A stretch of DNA of 14,688 bases from Candidatus Thorarchaeota archaeon. Lineage in GTDB: Archaea > Asgardarchaeota > Thorarchaeia > Thorarchaeales > Thorarchaeaceae. The translations under genes and the position numbers were made by a program. The notes beneath the pieces were generated by a model. It ran no database searches, had not been told where the DNA came from, and saw only the letters and a list, made by a program, of their open reading frames with translations. Positions 7,441-14,688 of the stretch are shown here, piece by piece. The stretch lies in the NCBI GenBank assembly GCA_003345555.1, contig PRDJ01000027.1, positions 1-14,688 on the forward strand, written 5' to 3'. Each line of letters starts with the position of its first letter. The stretch's first letter is position 1.

Positions 7441-7446
7441 TCACCT
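7441..7446 (-). promoter_or_regulatory. Shine-Dalgarno site (AGGTGA) of the kinase gene; TATA-like TAAGTATATT at about 7472-7481 overlaps the upstream stop codon
   Basis: Matches the archaeal anti-SD complement, 9 nt from the GTG. Confidence 0.5.
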
Positions 7447-7478
7447 TTGTGAGCCGCAGGCGCACCGGGTGAATATAC

Positions 7479-8987
7479 TTATCGGGAATCATCCTGAGAG
7501 TTCTCAGCTGCCGAGACCTTGAGACCCGATTCCTCTGAGAGGGCACTGATGGCCTTATCGACAGAAGTCCTCAACATACTTACCTTTTCCCCTCTTGCAG
7601 AAACCCAGACTCTAAGAACCTTTGAAGATCCGTATGTTTTGGGCATAGACTTTATGTAAACCCCTGGATTCTTCTTCATCACCCTGTCAATGTACGGTGA
7701 GAATACGGTCTCGTCCGATATCTCAAAATCCACGATTCGTTCAAAGTAGTGTTGCGTGCTCTTCTTCTCTACCCACGGACGAACAGAGGTTTCGAAAATC
7801 GCTCTCAGTTCGCGAGGAACACCGGGCAGACAGAAAATCGTGGTTCTATCGTGAATGATCATGGCCCCTGGAGCCCCTCCGACCGTATTATCCATCGGAG
7901 ACGAACCCACAGGCAGACGTGCCATCTTCCTTCTGCTCTCGGTCAAGTCCGGGCTGGTGACTATTCCCTGTTCGTACAGATGTTGGTACTGCCTTTGAAC
8001 GATAGACAATGCAGCTGGGTCTTCTTCAAGTTGAAGCCCGAGAGCTGATGCAATTGCGCTGAGTGTCATGTCATCGTGAGTGGGGCCGAGACCTCCTGAG
8101 GTGATGATAACATTGCAGGTCTCTCTTAGGTACGCAAGCCCTCTACCTATTTCGGCAATAGTGTCTCTGACCGAAGTCTGTCTCTCAACGATGACGCCCA
8201 ATGCTGCAAGGCGGAGCTCCATCCAATTCCCATTCGTGTCCAAGATCACGCCATCCAAGACCTCGTCGCCTATTGTCATTATCCCCGCCTTGAGCTGTGT
8301 GGCAGACTCGGCCTTCTTGGTAGGCGCTGCTGTAGGAGCTACAGTTCGATGCAACTCCGCATCCAGATAGCCGCTCACGGTCTTCAGGTGCTGCAGTCTC
8401 GAACCTGCAACCTGCTTCGCCGCTTGTGTACTCATGCTTGCTGCGATTCTCTCGGCCAGAGGGATGAAGCCCCGAATCTCATGGGCAATTCCCTCCATGT
8501 CCATACCTGGCTTCAGCTTAATGCCATTCAATATATAGTGAACCAACCCTACGATGCCCAATTTCACTAGCTTGTCAGCTTCCCAGAGAGCCTGAGCTTC
8601 AGGTGTGGTCAATGGACCATCCAAGGTAAGGCCAACATGCATCCTAATCGCATCGCACACGCGGTCTATCGTTATTCGGTCAATCCCCTCTTTCGTCAGG
8701 ATTTCCCGTGCGGCTATTGCGCTTGCCTCCCCGTGGTTCGAATCGCCGCCGATGCCAGGTTTTGATATATCGTGGAGCCACGCCGCCATCGTGACCACGT
8801 CGAGGTTTGCACCCGTCTGCTGGGCAAGGTATTTCGAGATTTGGACCACCTGACCCACGTGGTCAAAGCGATAGTCAAACAGAGGAACTAATGCCGAAGG
8901 CTGTGCCTTTGTCCATTCGTCGCGAGCAACAGCCGCGCATTGCGAGGATAGGAGGGCTTCGAGTTTCTCTTCCAGTCCCTGTTTCAT
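7479..8987 (-). CDS. Fusion of an HD-domain metal-dependent phosphohydrolase and a CinA N-terminal/molybdopterin-binding-like (COG1058-type) domain
   Basis: N-terminal YRFDH...AAWLHDISK...NHG...IRMH...EADK (HD at 8769-8774). An Ala/Pro/Thr linker at about 8292-8350 is followed by IMTIGDEVLDGVILDTN, ITSGGLGPTHDDMT, NTVGGAPG and LPGVPREL. No PncC deamidase domain. Start ATG 8987 or GTG 8996. Confidence 0.85.
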   Translation of the reverse strand: MKQGLEEKLEALLSSQCAAVARDEWTKAQPSALVPLFDYRFDHVGQVVQISKYLAQQTGANLDVVTMAAWLHDISKPGIGGDSNHGEASAIAAREILTKEGIDRITIDRVCDAIRMHVGLTLDGPLTTPEAQALWEADKLVKLGIVGLVHYILNGIKLKPGMDMEGIAHEIRGFIPLAERIAASMSTQAAKQVAGSRLQHLKTVSGYLDAELHRTVAPTAAPTKKAESATQLKAGIMTIGDEVLDGVILDTNGNWMELRLAALGVIVERQTSVRDTIAEIGRGLAYLRETCNVIITSGGLGPTHDDMTLSAIASALGLQLEEDPAALSIVQRQYQHLYEQGIVTSPDLTESRRKMARLPVGSSPMDNTVGGAPGAMIIHDRTTIFCLPGVPRELRAIFETSVRPWVEKKSTQHYFERIVDFEISDETVFSPYIDRVMKKNPGVYIKSMPKTYGSSKVLRVWVSARGEKVSMLRTSVDKAISALSEESGLKVSAAENSQDDSR

Positions 8988-9031
8988 GAGCACCACTGAG
9001 GCTGCTGACGTTCAGTTGTTTATGAACCCTA

Positions 9032-9799
9032 TCACTTGACGTGAATCCTGTTATACAGCCTGAGTGTGTTCTCTAGGACGATTGACCTGACTTCCTCCTC
9101 CTCTCTGCCAAGGATTGCACCGATCTCCCTCAGAGCTATCCAGACGTTGGCGGGTTCATTCCTTCCGGTTAGATCTGGACCCAAGACGGGGCTGTCGGTC
9201 TCAACGAGGAGCCGCTCGTACTCGACTGCCTTTACAAGATTCCTCTTCTGCGGCGACCGTACAACCGATGTTGGTATCGAGAAATAATACCCCAGTTCCT
9301 TTGATGCCTCTCGTGCTAGACTGGCCTTGCCGTCAAATGCATGCATCTGAACTTGTGACGCTTCACAGTCACGGAGTATGTCCAGAGCGGCCTTGCCTGC
9401 AGACCTCGAATGAATCTGAATAGGCAATCCGAGCTCACGTGCCACACTTATCATTGCTCTCATGCACTCCTCCTGTTCCTTCCTCAGTTCGTGTTCTCTG
9501 GTAAAGTAGTAATCAAGTCCAGTCTCTCCTACTGCCACTATTCTGGAGGACGAGCCGCGCACATACCGCAAAACAGTCTGTAAGTCCCCGCATCTTCTCG
9601 GATCTAGGCCTATTGCAGCATGGACACACGGGTAGTTCTCAGCCAATCGCAAGCCCTCAGGCAATGCCTCAAGGGTAATCGCTGAGGTTATCATGTCTAC
9701 TCCAGAGGCTGATGCTCTACTGATGACTTGCGGCAGGTCAATTCGAAACTCGTCCGACTCAAGATGGCAATGAGTATCAACCACCCTAAGACCATTCAT
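9032..9799 (-). CDS. tatD: TatD family metal-dependent nuclease/hydrolase
   Basis: Motifs DTHCHL, VGETGLDY, IQIHSR, MHAF and ETDSP. GAGGTG RBS at 9809-9814 supports ATG 9799 rather than GTG 9811. Confidence 0.92.
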   Translation of the reverse strand: MNGLRVVDTHCHLESDEFRIDLPQVISRASASGVDMITSAITLEALPEGLRLAENYPCVHAAIGLDPRRCGDLQTVLRYVRGSSSRIVAVGETGLDYYFTREHELRKEQEECMRAMISVARELGLPIQIHSRSAGKAALDILRDCEASQVQMHAFDGKASLAREASKELGYYFSIPTSVVRSPQKRNLVKAVEYERLLVETDSPVLGPDLTGRNEPANVWIALREIGAILGREEEEVRSIVLENTLRLYNRIHVK

Positions 9800-10027
9800 A
9801 CGCGAAGGCACCTCGTCTCCAGGTTCTTGTAGGTCAGGAGTCTAGCATGCTCTTGATAAGCACACAAGTTCAGAATCTGGAATCAGGTTGACAGCTTGCG
9901 CATCTTTCCTAAATACTCGACGCCCTTCAACTCGAGCACACTAAAGCAGGGTCAACCTACAACAGTCGGCAAGATTCAATAGCGTGACTTAGCTCGAGTT
10001 TGGCGAGAACCGATTGAGGCATCGCGC

Positions 10028-11113
10028 TTGAGAAGACTCATAGTCTTGGTGACAGGTTCTAGCGGAACCTCCTACGGCGATATAGTTAGAGCACTCAAGT
10101 CAAGCAAGAGATACCGAATCGATGTCGTTGGCAGCGATTGTCGAGAATCGCTGAGTTCGAAACACTATGTGAAAAGGAATTACTTGCTACCAGACAACAG
10201 AAACCCAGAGTTCGCGAACGCACTGCTTGACCTGTGCGTCAGACAGAAAATCGATATTGTGTTGCCCACTCAGACAGGAGACCAATTGCCGATTTGCGAG
10301 AGGCTCGGAGACTTCCGGGATGCAAATGTTGAACCTGCTCTGATAGTAACCGACCCATTCTTGCTCGACGTGATCCTCAACAAGCGAAAGATGTTGGAGT
10401 ACTGTAAGGAGATAATACGCATTGAAACCCCTTCATATTCCTACGCTGACACTTCCGAGGGCCTAAGAAGAGCTGTTCAGAGACTTGGGCACCCCGAAAT
10501 ACCAGTCGTAGTCAAGCCGAGCTTTGCAGATGGCGGTCGTGGTACAAGGATCCTGAATGAGCGTGTTGACGCAAGACGACGATTTCTCTCAGAAAAGCCA
10601 GATTCTACTTTCAGCTCTCTGAATCGAGTTCTGAACACAATAGGCGACTCATTCCCCGAGATGCTGGTCATGGAGTATCTGCCGGGCAAAGAATACATGC
10701 TCGATACCTTGTGCAGAAAGGGCAAGACCTTTGCCGTAATCCCCGAAATAGTAACGCGGAATGCTGAAGGCGTCACCACAGGCGGTGTTGTCTCAAAGGA
10801 TGACAACTTTGATTCGCTCGTTAGAGTAGCAGAATCTGTCATCGAAGGCTTTGGACTCTCCTATAGCGTCATCGTGCATCTGAAGGAAAACGCATCAGGC
10901 AAACCGTCAGTGCTGGGAATCCATCCGGGACTTCAGGACACGACTGTCATAAGCATAGCCGCGGGCGTCAACATTCCCGAACTTATGGTCATGATGGCTT
11001 GTCGTGAATTTGACTATGCTTACTCGCCTAGGATTGCCTGGGGCCTAAAGATGCAAAGAGTATGGCGTGAGGTCTTTGAATATGGCGGAAAAATCTGGAC
11101 AAGTGACAAGTAG
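10028..11113 (+). CDS. ATP-grasp fold protein 1 (carbamoyl-phosphate-synthase-like family found in glycan clusters); catalytic motif degenerate
   Basis: N-terminal Rossmann-like LIVLVTG, NK, VVKP, DGGRG and MEYLPGKEY are present. The ExNPR motif is replaced by GIHPG. TTG start with GAGG upstream. Confidence 0.85.
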   Translation: MRRLIVLVTGSSGTSYGDIVRALKSSKRYRIDVVGSDCRESLSSKHYVKRNYLLPDNRNPEFANALLDLCVRQKIDIVLPTQTGDQLPICERLGDFRDANVEPALIVTDPFLLDVILNKRKMLEYCKEIIRIETPSYSYADTSEGLRRAVQRLGHPEIPVVVKPSFADGGRGTRILNERVDARRRFLSEKPDSTFSSLNRVLNTIGDSFPEMLVMEYLPGKEYMLDTLCRKGKTFAVIPEIVTRNAEGVTTGGVVSKDDNFDSLVRVAESVIEGFGLSYSVIVHLKENASGKPSVLGIHPGLQDTTVISIAAGVNIPELMVMMACREFDYAYSPRIAWGLKMQRVWREVFEYGGKIWTSDK

Positions 11114-11519
11114 AACCTTGGTGGTGCTGGACTTTGACCAGACAGTACTACGCACTGGACACGAAGAAGATGGTTCTGCCGTCTTGCTGAAGCTTAAAGG
11201 AATGGGCGTCGAGCTTTGCATCGCATCAAGAAACGACAGGTACTCTTTGCATCGAAAGCTCGAGTCGCTATTCATAGACCGAGCCTTTCGGTATGTTATG
11301 TCGGACTTCAGGCCAAAGTTCTATCAGATGAGACACATCCTATGGTTGTATTCAGGAAGCGGTATCGTGTTCTCTAGAGTAATCTTCGTTGATGACGACT
11401 TGCAGAACATCGAACAGATGAAAGCTAATGTACCGAACATTGATTGCTACCAGATGGGAGTCGACTTGCAGGGAATCCAGGATCTGCCAAGAGTGGTTGT
11501 ATCGGATGGGTCTGATTAA
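11082..11519 (+). CDS. HAD-superfamily phosphatase, MDP-1-like (subfamily IIIC, capless)
   Basis: Motif I LDFDQT, motif II IASRN, Lys in RPK, motif IV IFVDDD..N. Overlaps the end of ATP-grasp 1, suggesting translational coupling. Alternative start GTG 11103. Confidence 0.85.
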   Translation: MAEKSGQVTSRTLVVLDFDQTVLRTGHEEDGSAVLLKLKGMGVELCIASRNDRYSLHRKLESLFIDRAFRYVMSDFRPKFYQMRHILWLYSGSGIVFSRVIFVDDDLQNIEQMKANVPNIDCYQMGVDLQGIQDLPRVVVSDGSD

Positions 11520-11750
11520 TGCCGCTTCGTGATAATCCATGTCGTAACCTAGTCTACGCGGTCAAAGCCAGATGTATTATGCCTCGTCATATGAGATGCA
11601 TCTGCTCGTAAGGTCTTGGTGGGCTCCCCGCAGATCGTACTGGGATACGCCCTAAGATACGACTCGCTGAGAGGAAGCGAGCCTCGGCTCAACAACACAC
11701 ATACTGATAGTGAATGACACAGATGCTGCAAGCGGTGTGCACGCCAATGA

Positions 11751-11766
11751 TGAAAAGGCTTTAAGT
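11751..11766 (+). promoter_or_regulatory. Putative BRE-TATA promoter of ATP-grasp 2
   Basis: TGAAAAGGC followed by TTTAAGT (11760-11766), about 50 nt upstream of ATG 11815; purine-rich BRE next to the TATA. Confidence 0.55.
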
Positions 11767-11814
11767 CCCAGACAGGCTTCACGAGCCAGAATCTGATTCC
11801 TCCGTCGTGGTCTT

Positions 11815-12891
11815 ATGCGAAAGCATGTGAAGTTGCTGCTAACTGGCTTTTGCGCGCCGGGCTTCGCAAGCATCGTCTACGCTCTCAGAAAAAGCGCACT
11901 CTATCAATTCTATGTCTTCTCTACGGACTGGAAACCAAACCTCGCGGCAAGCTTCGCGGACAAGTCTGAGGTGATCGGAGATGACCTCGCACCGGACTGG
12001 CCAGACAGAATCATAGAGAGTGCCAGAAGAGAGAAGATCAAGGTCTTGGTTCCCATCCGTACAGACGACTTGGCACCACTTGCAAGGAATGTCAAGAGAC
12101 TCAAGGAGATTGGTGTAATACCTACACTGCCAACCGAGAATCCGGAACTCATCCAGACAATGACTAACAAAGGTGATGCATACGGTGCTCTTACCAAGCT
12201 TGGAATATCCGTGCCAAATCACTTCCGGGTGAACGATCTTGACAGCATGCGAGAAGCGGCATACTCTCTCGGATACCCTGACGTACCCGTGTGTGTCAAG
12301 CCCGTCGTCGCAGATGGAAGCAGAGGATTTCGGATTCTGAACGAAAAGATGGACAAGAAGAGACTATTCTTCCAAGAGAAACCTAGCTCGGTCCTTTCGG
12401 ACTTAGATTCTGTCTGTTCGGTTCTCGGGGATGAGTTCCCAGAAATGCTAGTAATGGAGTATCTCCCAGGGAAAGAATACACGGTTGATGTCCTATGCAG
12501 AGAGGGGACAACCTACACAGTAGTTCCAAGACTTAGGACACAGATGACGGCGGGAATCTCCACTGATGCTGTGCTTTCCAAAGACGAGCACTATGGATAC
12601 ATCTGCGAACTTTCGGAGAAGATAGTCCGGGGATTCAGACTGTCATACAACATTGGGGTTCAGGTGAGAGAGGACAGAAATGGCAATCCCAAGATCTTGG
12701 AGATTAACCCAAGATTGCAGGGTACAACGATAATTAGTGTAGAAGGGGGTGTGAACATACCTGAACTCATGGTCCAAATGGCACTCGGGGATTTCAATCC
12801 GGACTACAGGCCAGAAATCAAGTGGGGTCTTAAGCTTCACAGGGTATATAGAGAGATATTCGAGCTTGAAGGCAAAGTGTGGACAACGTGA
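11815..12891 (+). CDS. ATP-grasp fold protein 2, probable ATP-dependent carboxylate-amine ligase with intact motifs
   Basis: KLLLTG, NK, CVKP, DGSRG, MEYLPGKEYTVD, VVPRLR..AGIS and the canonical LEINPRLQG. Clear paralogue of 10028-11113. Confidence 0.9.
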   Translation: MRKHVKLLLTGFCAPGFASIVYALRKSALYQFYVFSTDWKPNLAASFADKSEVIGDDLAPDWPDRIIESARREKIKVLVPIRTDDLAPLARNVKRLKEIGVIPTLPTENPELIQTMTNKGDAYGALTKLGISVPNHFRVNDLDSMREAAYSLGYPDVPVCVKPVVADGSRGFRILNEKMDKKRLFFQEKPSSVLSDLDSVCSVLGDEFPEMLVMEYLPGKEYTVDVLCREGTTYTVVPRLRTQMTAGISTDAVLSKDEHYGYICELSEKIVRGFRLSYNIGVQVREDRNGNPKILEINPRLQGTTIISVEGGVNIPELMVQMALGDFNPDYRPEIKWGLKLHRVYREIFELEGKVWTT

Positions 12892-12966
12892 TGGACCCGG
12901 AACAGACAACGTGAGCATGATTCTTTCATGAACGTGCTGTTGAGGATAGCGAAGCAAACAAGGACC

Positions 12967-13674
12967 CTAGCCCTCGGATTGTGATCGGCGGGCAAGGCGA
13001 TGCCTGCCGTTGTCGCGTGTTTGGTCTATGTTTAGTGTTCCCTTTACTAGTATGAAGGCCTCAGCAAACCTTGCATTTATGTAGACGCCCCTGCTACGCA
13101 TTTCAGCCCAGAAGTTTTCCAGGTTGAACCAGTTGCCACGGAACTTGAGCTGGGTTTCATAGCACGAAATTGCCTTAATCTTGAGGTCAGCCTCCTCGTG
13201 GCTCACAGGTATGTACAGGTTCGGATTGAAGTCCTTTGAAGTACCTATGACGGGATATTGAAGTATTGTGACAGGGTGCCTCGTGGACGCTCTGAGAGCC
13301 TCTTCAGCAACTGTCTGGTGGTCCTGATGAAAGTCACCCACGTAGGGTGCAATGACCAAATCCAGCTTCTCGTTCTTTCTGTATCCGTATATTATATCCA
13401 ATATCTCCTGTCTTGAATTCCCAAGGTGTTTGTTTTCGAAATCATACTGGACGATGTCTTCGACTCCGAGGACCGATGCCGCAGCGATGTCCTCCCTCGC
13501 GATGGTTCCCTTGGGATATCCTGTCCCTTCAAGCGTATCATCGCATGTGCAGAATACCCTGTACAAGACTTTGCATCCATGCTGGACCAACTTGTACATC
13601 AGCACACCGGCACCTGTTATCGCATCGTCTGTGTGAGGTGAAAGCACTAACGCCTCTCTAAACCGGACACTCAT
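12967..13674 (-). CDS. PIG-L/LmbE family N-acetylglucosaminyl de-N-acetylase
   Basis: Zn-binding motifs SPHTDD and FHQDH, plus KIKAISCYETQ and AEAF; 235 aa. Confidence 0.9.
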   Translation of the reverse strand: MSVRFREALVLSPHTDDAITGAGVLMYKLVQHGCKVLYRVFCTCDDTLEGTGYPKGTIAREDIAAASVLGVEDIVQYDFENKHLGNSRQEILDIIYGYRKNEKLDLVIAPYVGDFHQDHQTVAEEALRASTRHPVTILQYPVIGTSKDFNPNLYIPVSHEEADLKIKAISCYETQLKFRGNWFNLENFWAEMRSRGVYINARFAEAFILVKGTLNIDQTRDNGRHRLARRSQSEG

Positions 13675-13812
13675 CAGTCTCTTCTCCGTCAGTTAGGCGG
13701 TTCCTGTGAAGGCGAATAATAGCCTTTCTATGAAGGAGATGTCTACACATCAGATGCGTCATCCTGTCTATCAAAAGAGTTAAGGAGCGTCATCAACCTG
13801 CGCAGTCATGAC

Positions 13813-14688
13813 ATGCCCGGGTATCAGACTCTGAACCTGCTTGTTGTTGGTCCCTATGGCGAAACAACGAGTGGTCCTTCAAGAGTTATAACTGAGGTAG
13901 TTCACGGCCTGTCCTCTGATATTCATGTTGTTGTTGTTTCTCCCAAGAAGAGGCGAGATGTGGACCGGAGAGGTTTCGTCGATGGAAACGTTGAGGTTGT
14001 TTATCAGGCATGCGGACAGGTACCTGGGGTTCCTGGGTCGCACAATCTAGTCGAGATTCTCAGACTGGCGTCTCGCCTGAGAAGACTTGAGTACAAGCCA
14101 AACCTCGTGTGGGTTCACAGCGAGGCGGCATTCTGGGCCTACTGGCTCTCAAAGTTCAGAAGAACGCCCTGCGTGGCAACGATTCATGGCGTGTTCGGCG
14201 ATTTCTATCAACGCGAGACCATGCTGAAGCTGAGAGCATCTCCGAGCCATCTGTTCTCATCTCTCATGCGGTGGCTGCAGAAGACTGAGTTCAGGAAAGC
14301 CTCGGTGCTCACCACTTATTCAGACTACCTCGGTCAGTTGATCCTAGCAATAAGCCCTCGGTCAAGAGTTGTTATCATACCCAACGGAGTGAACACAACG
14401 AGATTCCAGCCACTGAATGAACCCCGGGAGAAAATCATCCTCTACGTGGGCCGCATGGCTGCCATAAAAGGGGTGCATGTTCTTGTGGAAAGTATGAAGA
14501 AGGTGGCTCGACGTCTCCCTGAATGGAGACTCTGGTTGGTTGGAGGGGCTCTGGACCAGCCCATTTCGTTCTTCGAAAGATTCATGGACTCCTCAACCCG
14601 GCAACGAATCGAATTCCTAGGGGCGATATCGAATGCAGAACTTCCAGGGCTTCTCAGCAGAGCAAGCATCTTTGTCATGCCGACTCTA
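13813..14688 (+). CDS. GT4 (GT-B fold) glycosyltransferase; 3'-truncated and absent from the supplied ORF track
   Basis: My translation from ATG 13813 is open to the window end: MPGYQTLNLLVVGPYGETTSGPSRV...VWVHS...VATIHG...VIIPNGVNTTRF...ILYVGRMAAIKGVHVL...IEFLG...LLSRASIFVMPT. These are typical GT4 motifs. Confidence 0.92.
   Translation, partial: MPGYQTLNLLVVGPYGETTSGPSRVITEVVHGLSSDIHVVVVSPKKRRDVDRRGFVDGNVEVVYQACGQVPGVPGSHNLVEILRLASRLRRLEYKPNLVWVHSEAAFWAYWLSKFRRTPCVATIHGVFGDFYQRETMLKLRASPSHLFSSLMRWLQKTEFRKASVLTTYSDYLGQLILAISPRSRVVIIPNGVNTTRFQPLNEPREKIILYVGRMAAIKGVHVLVESMKKVARRLPEWRLWLVGGALDQPISFFERFMDSSTRQRIEFLGAISNAELPGLLSRASIFVMPTL

Noticed and set aside
11549-11782. 77-aa minus-strand ORF, and the 73-aa ORF at 11652-11873
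   Set aside because: No recognisable motif or RBS, atypical composition, and they overlap the promoter or start of ATP-grasp 2. Treated as spurious, although a small gene cannot be excluded.
13737-13763. Two AGATG...CATC inverted repeats in the PIG-L/GT4 divergent gap, resembling AGATGCATCT at 11594
   Set aside because: The spacers differ (0, 3 and 6 nt), which is inconsistent with a single operator, and 4-5 bp arms are expected by chance.
65-14678. Numerous 60-130 aa alternative-frame and antisense ORFs (e.g. 65-367, 5080-5397, 7129-7452, 10477-10842, 11839-12222, 12643-12957, 14442-14678)
   Set aside because: All lie within or opposite well-supported genes and show no domain signal; they are shadow ORFs.
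1-14688. CRISPR array, transposase or integrase, rRNA
   Set aside because: I saw no regularly spaced direct repeats, terminal inverted repeats, recombinase motifs or rRNA signature sequences on reading both strands.

Overview
Gene-dense archaeal chromosomal window. Archaeal evidence: NreA with a C-terminal PIP box, Rpo5/RpoH, BRE/TATA-like promoters and (G/A)GGTG ribosome-binding sites. The eukaryote-like two-domain Rpo5 suggests an Asgard-type lineage (inference, no database search run). Order: 5'-truncated nreA; stand-alone type II/IV secretion F-family (ArlJ/PilC/TadBC-like) membrane protein; unknown polytopic membrane protein; possible small hypothetical; ribbon-helix-helix + V4R-like protein; AbrB-like + ACT-like protein; EamA transporter; rpoH carrying an RPB5-type N-terminal jaw-like domain and lying outside the usual rpoH-rpoB operon; polyprenol/phytol kinase-family protein; HD + CinA(MoCF)-domain fusion; TatD. 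The last third is a glyco-modification-like cluster: two paralogous ATP-grasp proteins (one with degenerate catalytic motifs), an MDP-1-like HAD phosphatase, a PIG-L/LmbE deacetylase and a 3'-truncated GT4 glycosyltransferase that the supplied ORF track missed. No rRNA, tRNA, CRISPR array or mobile element was seen. Best leads: the RPB5-like RpoH, the GT4/HAD/PIG-L/ATP-grasp pathway with its active/inactive ligase pair, and the HD-CinA fusion.
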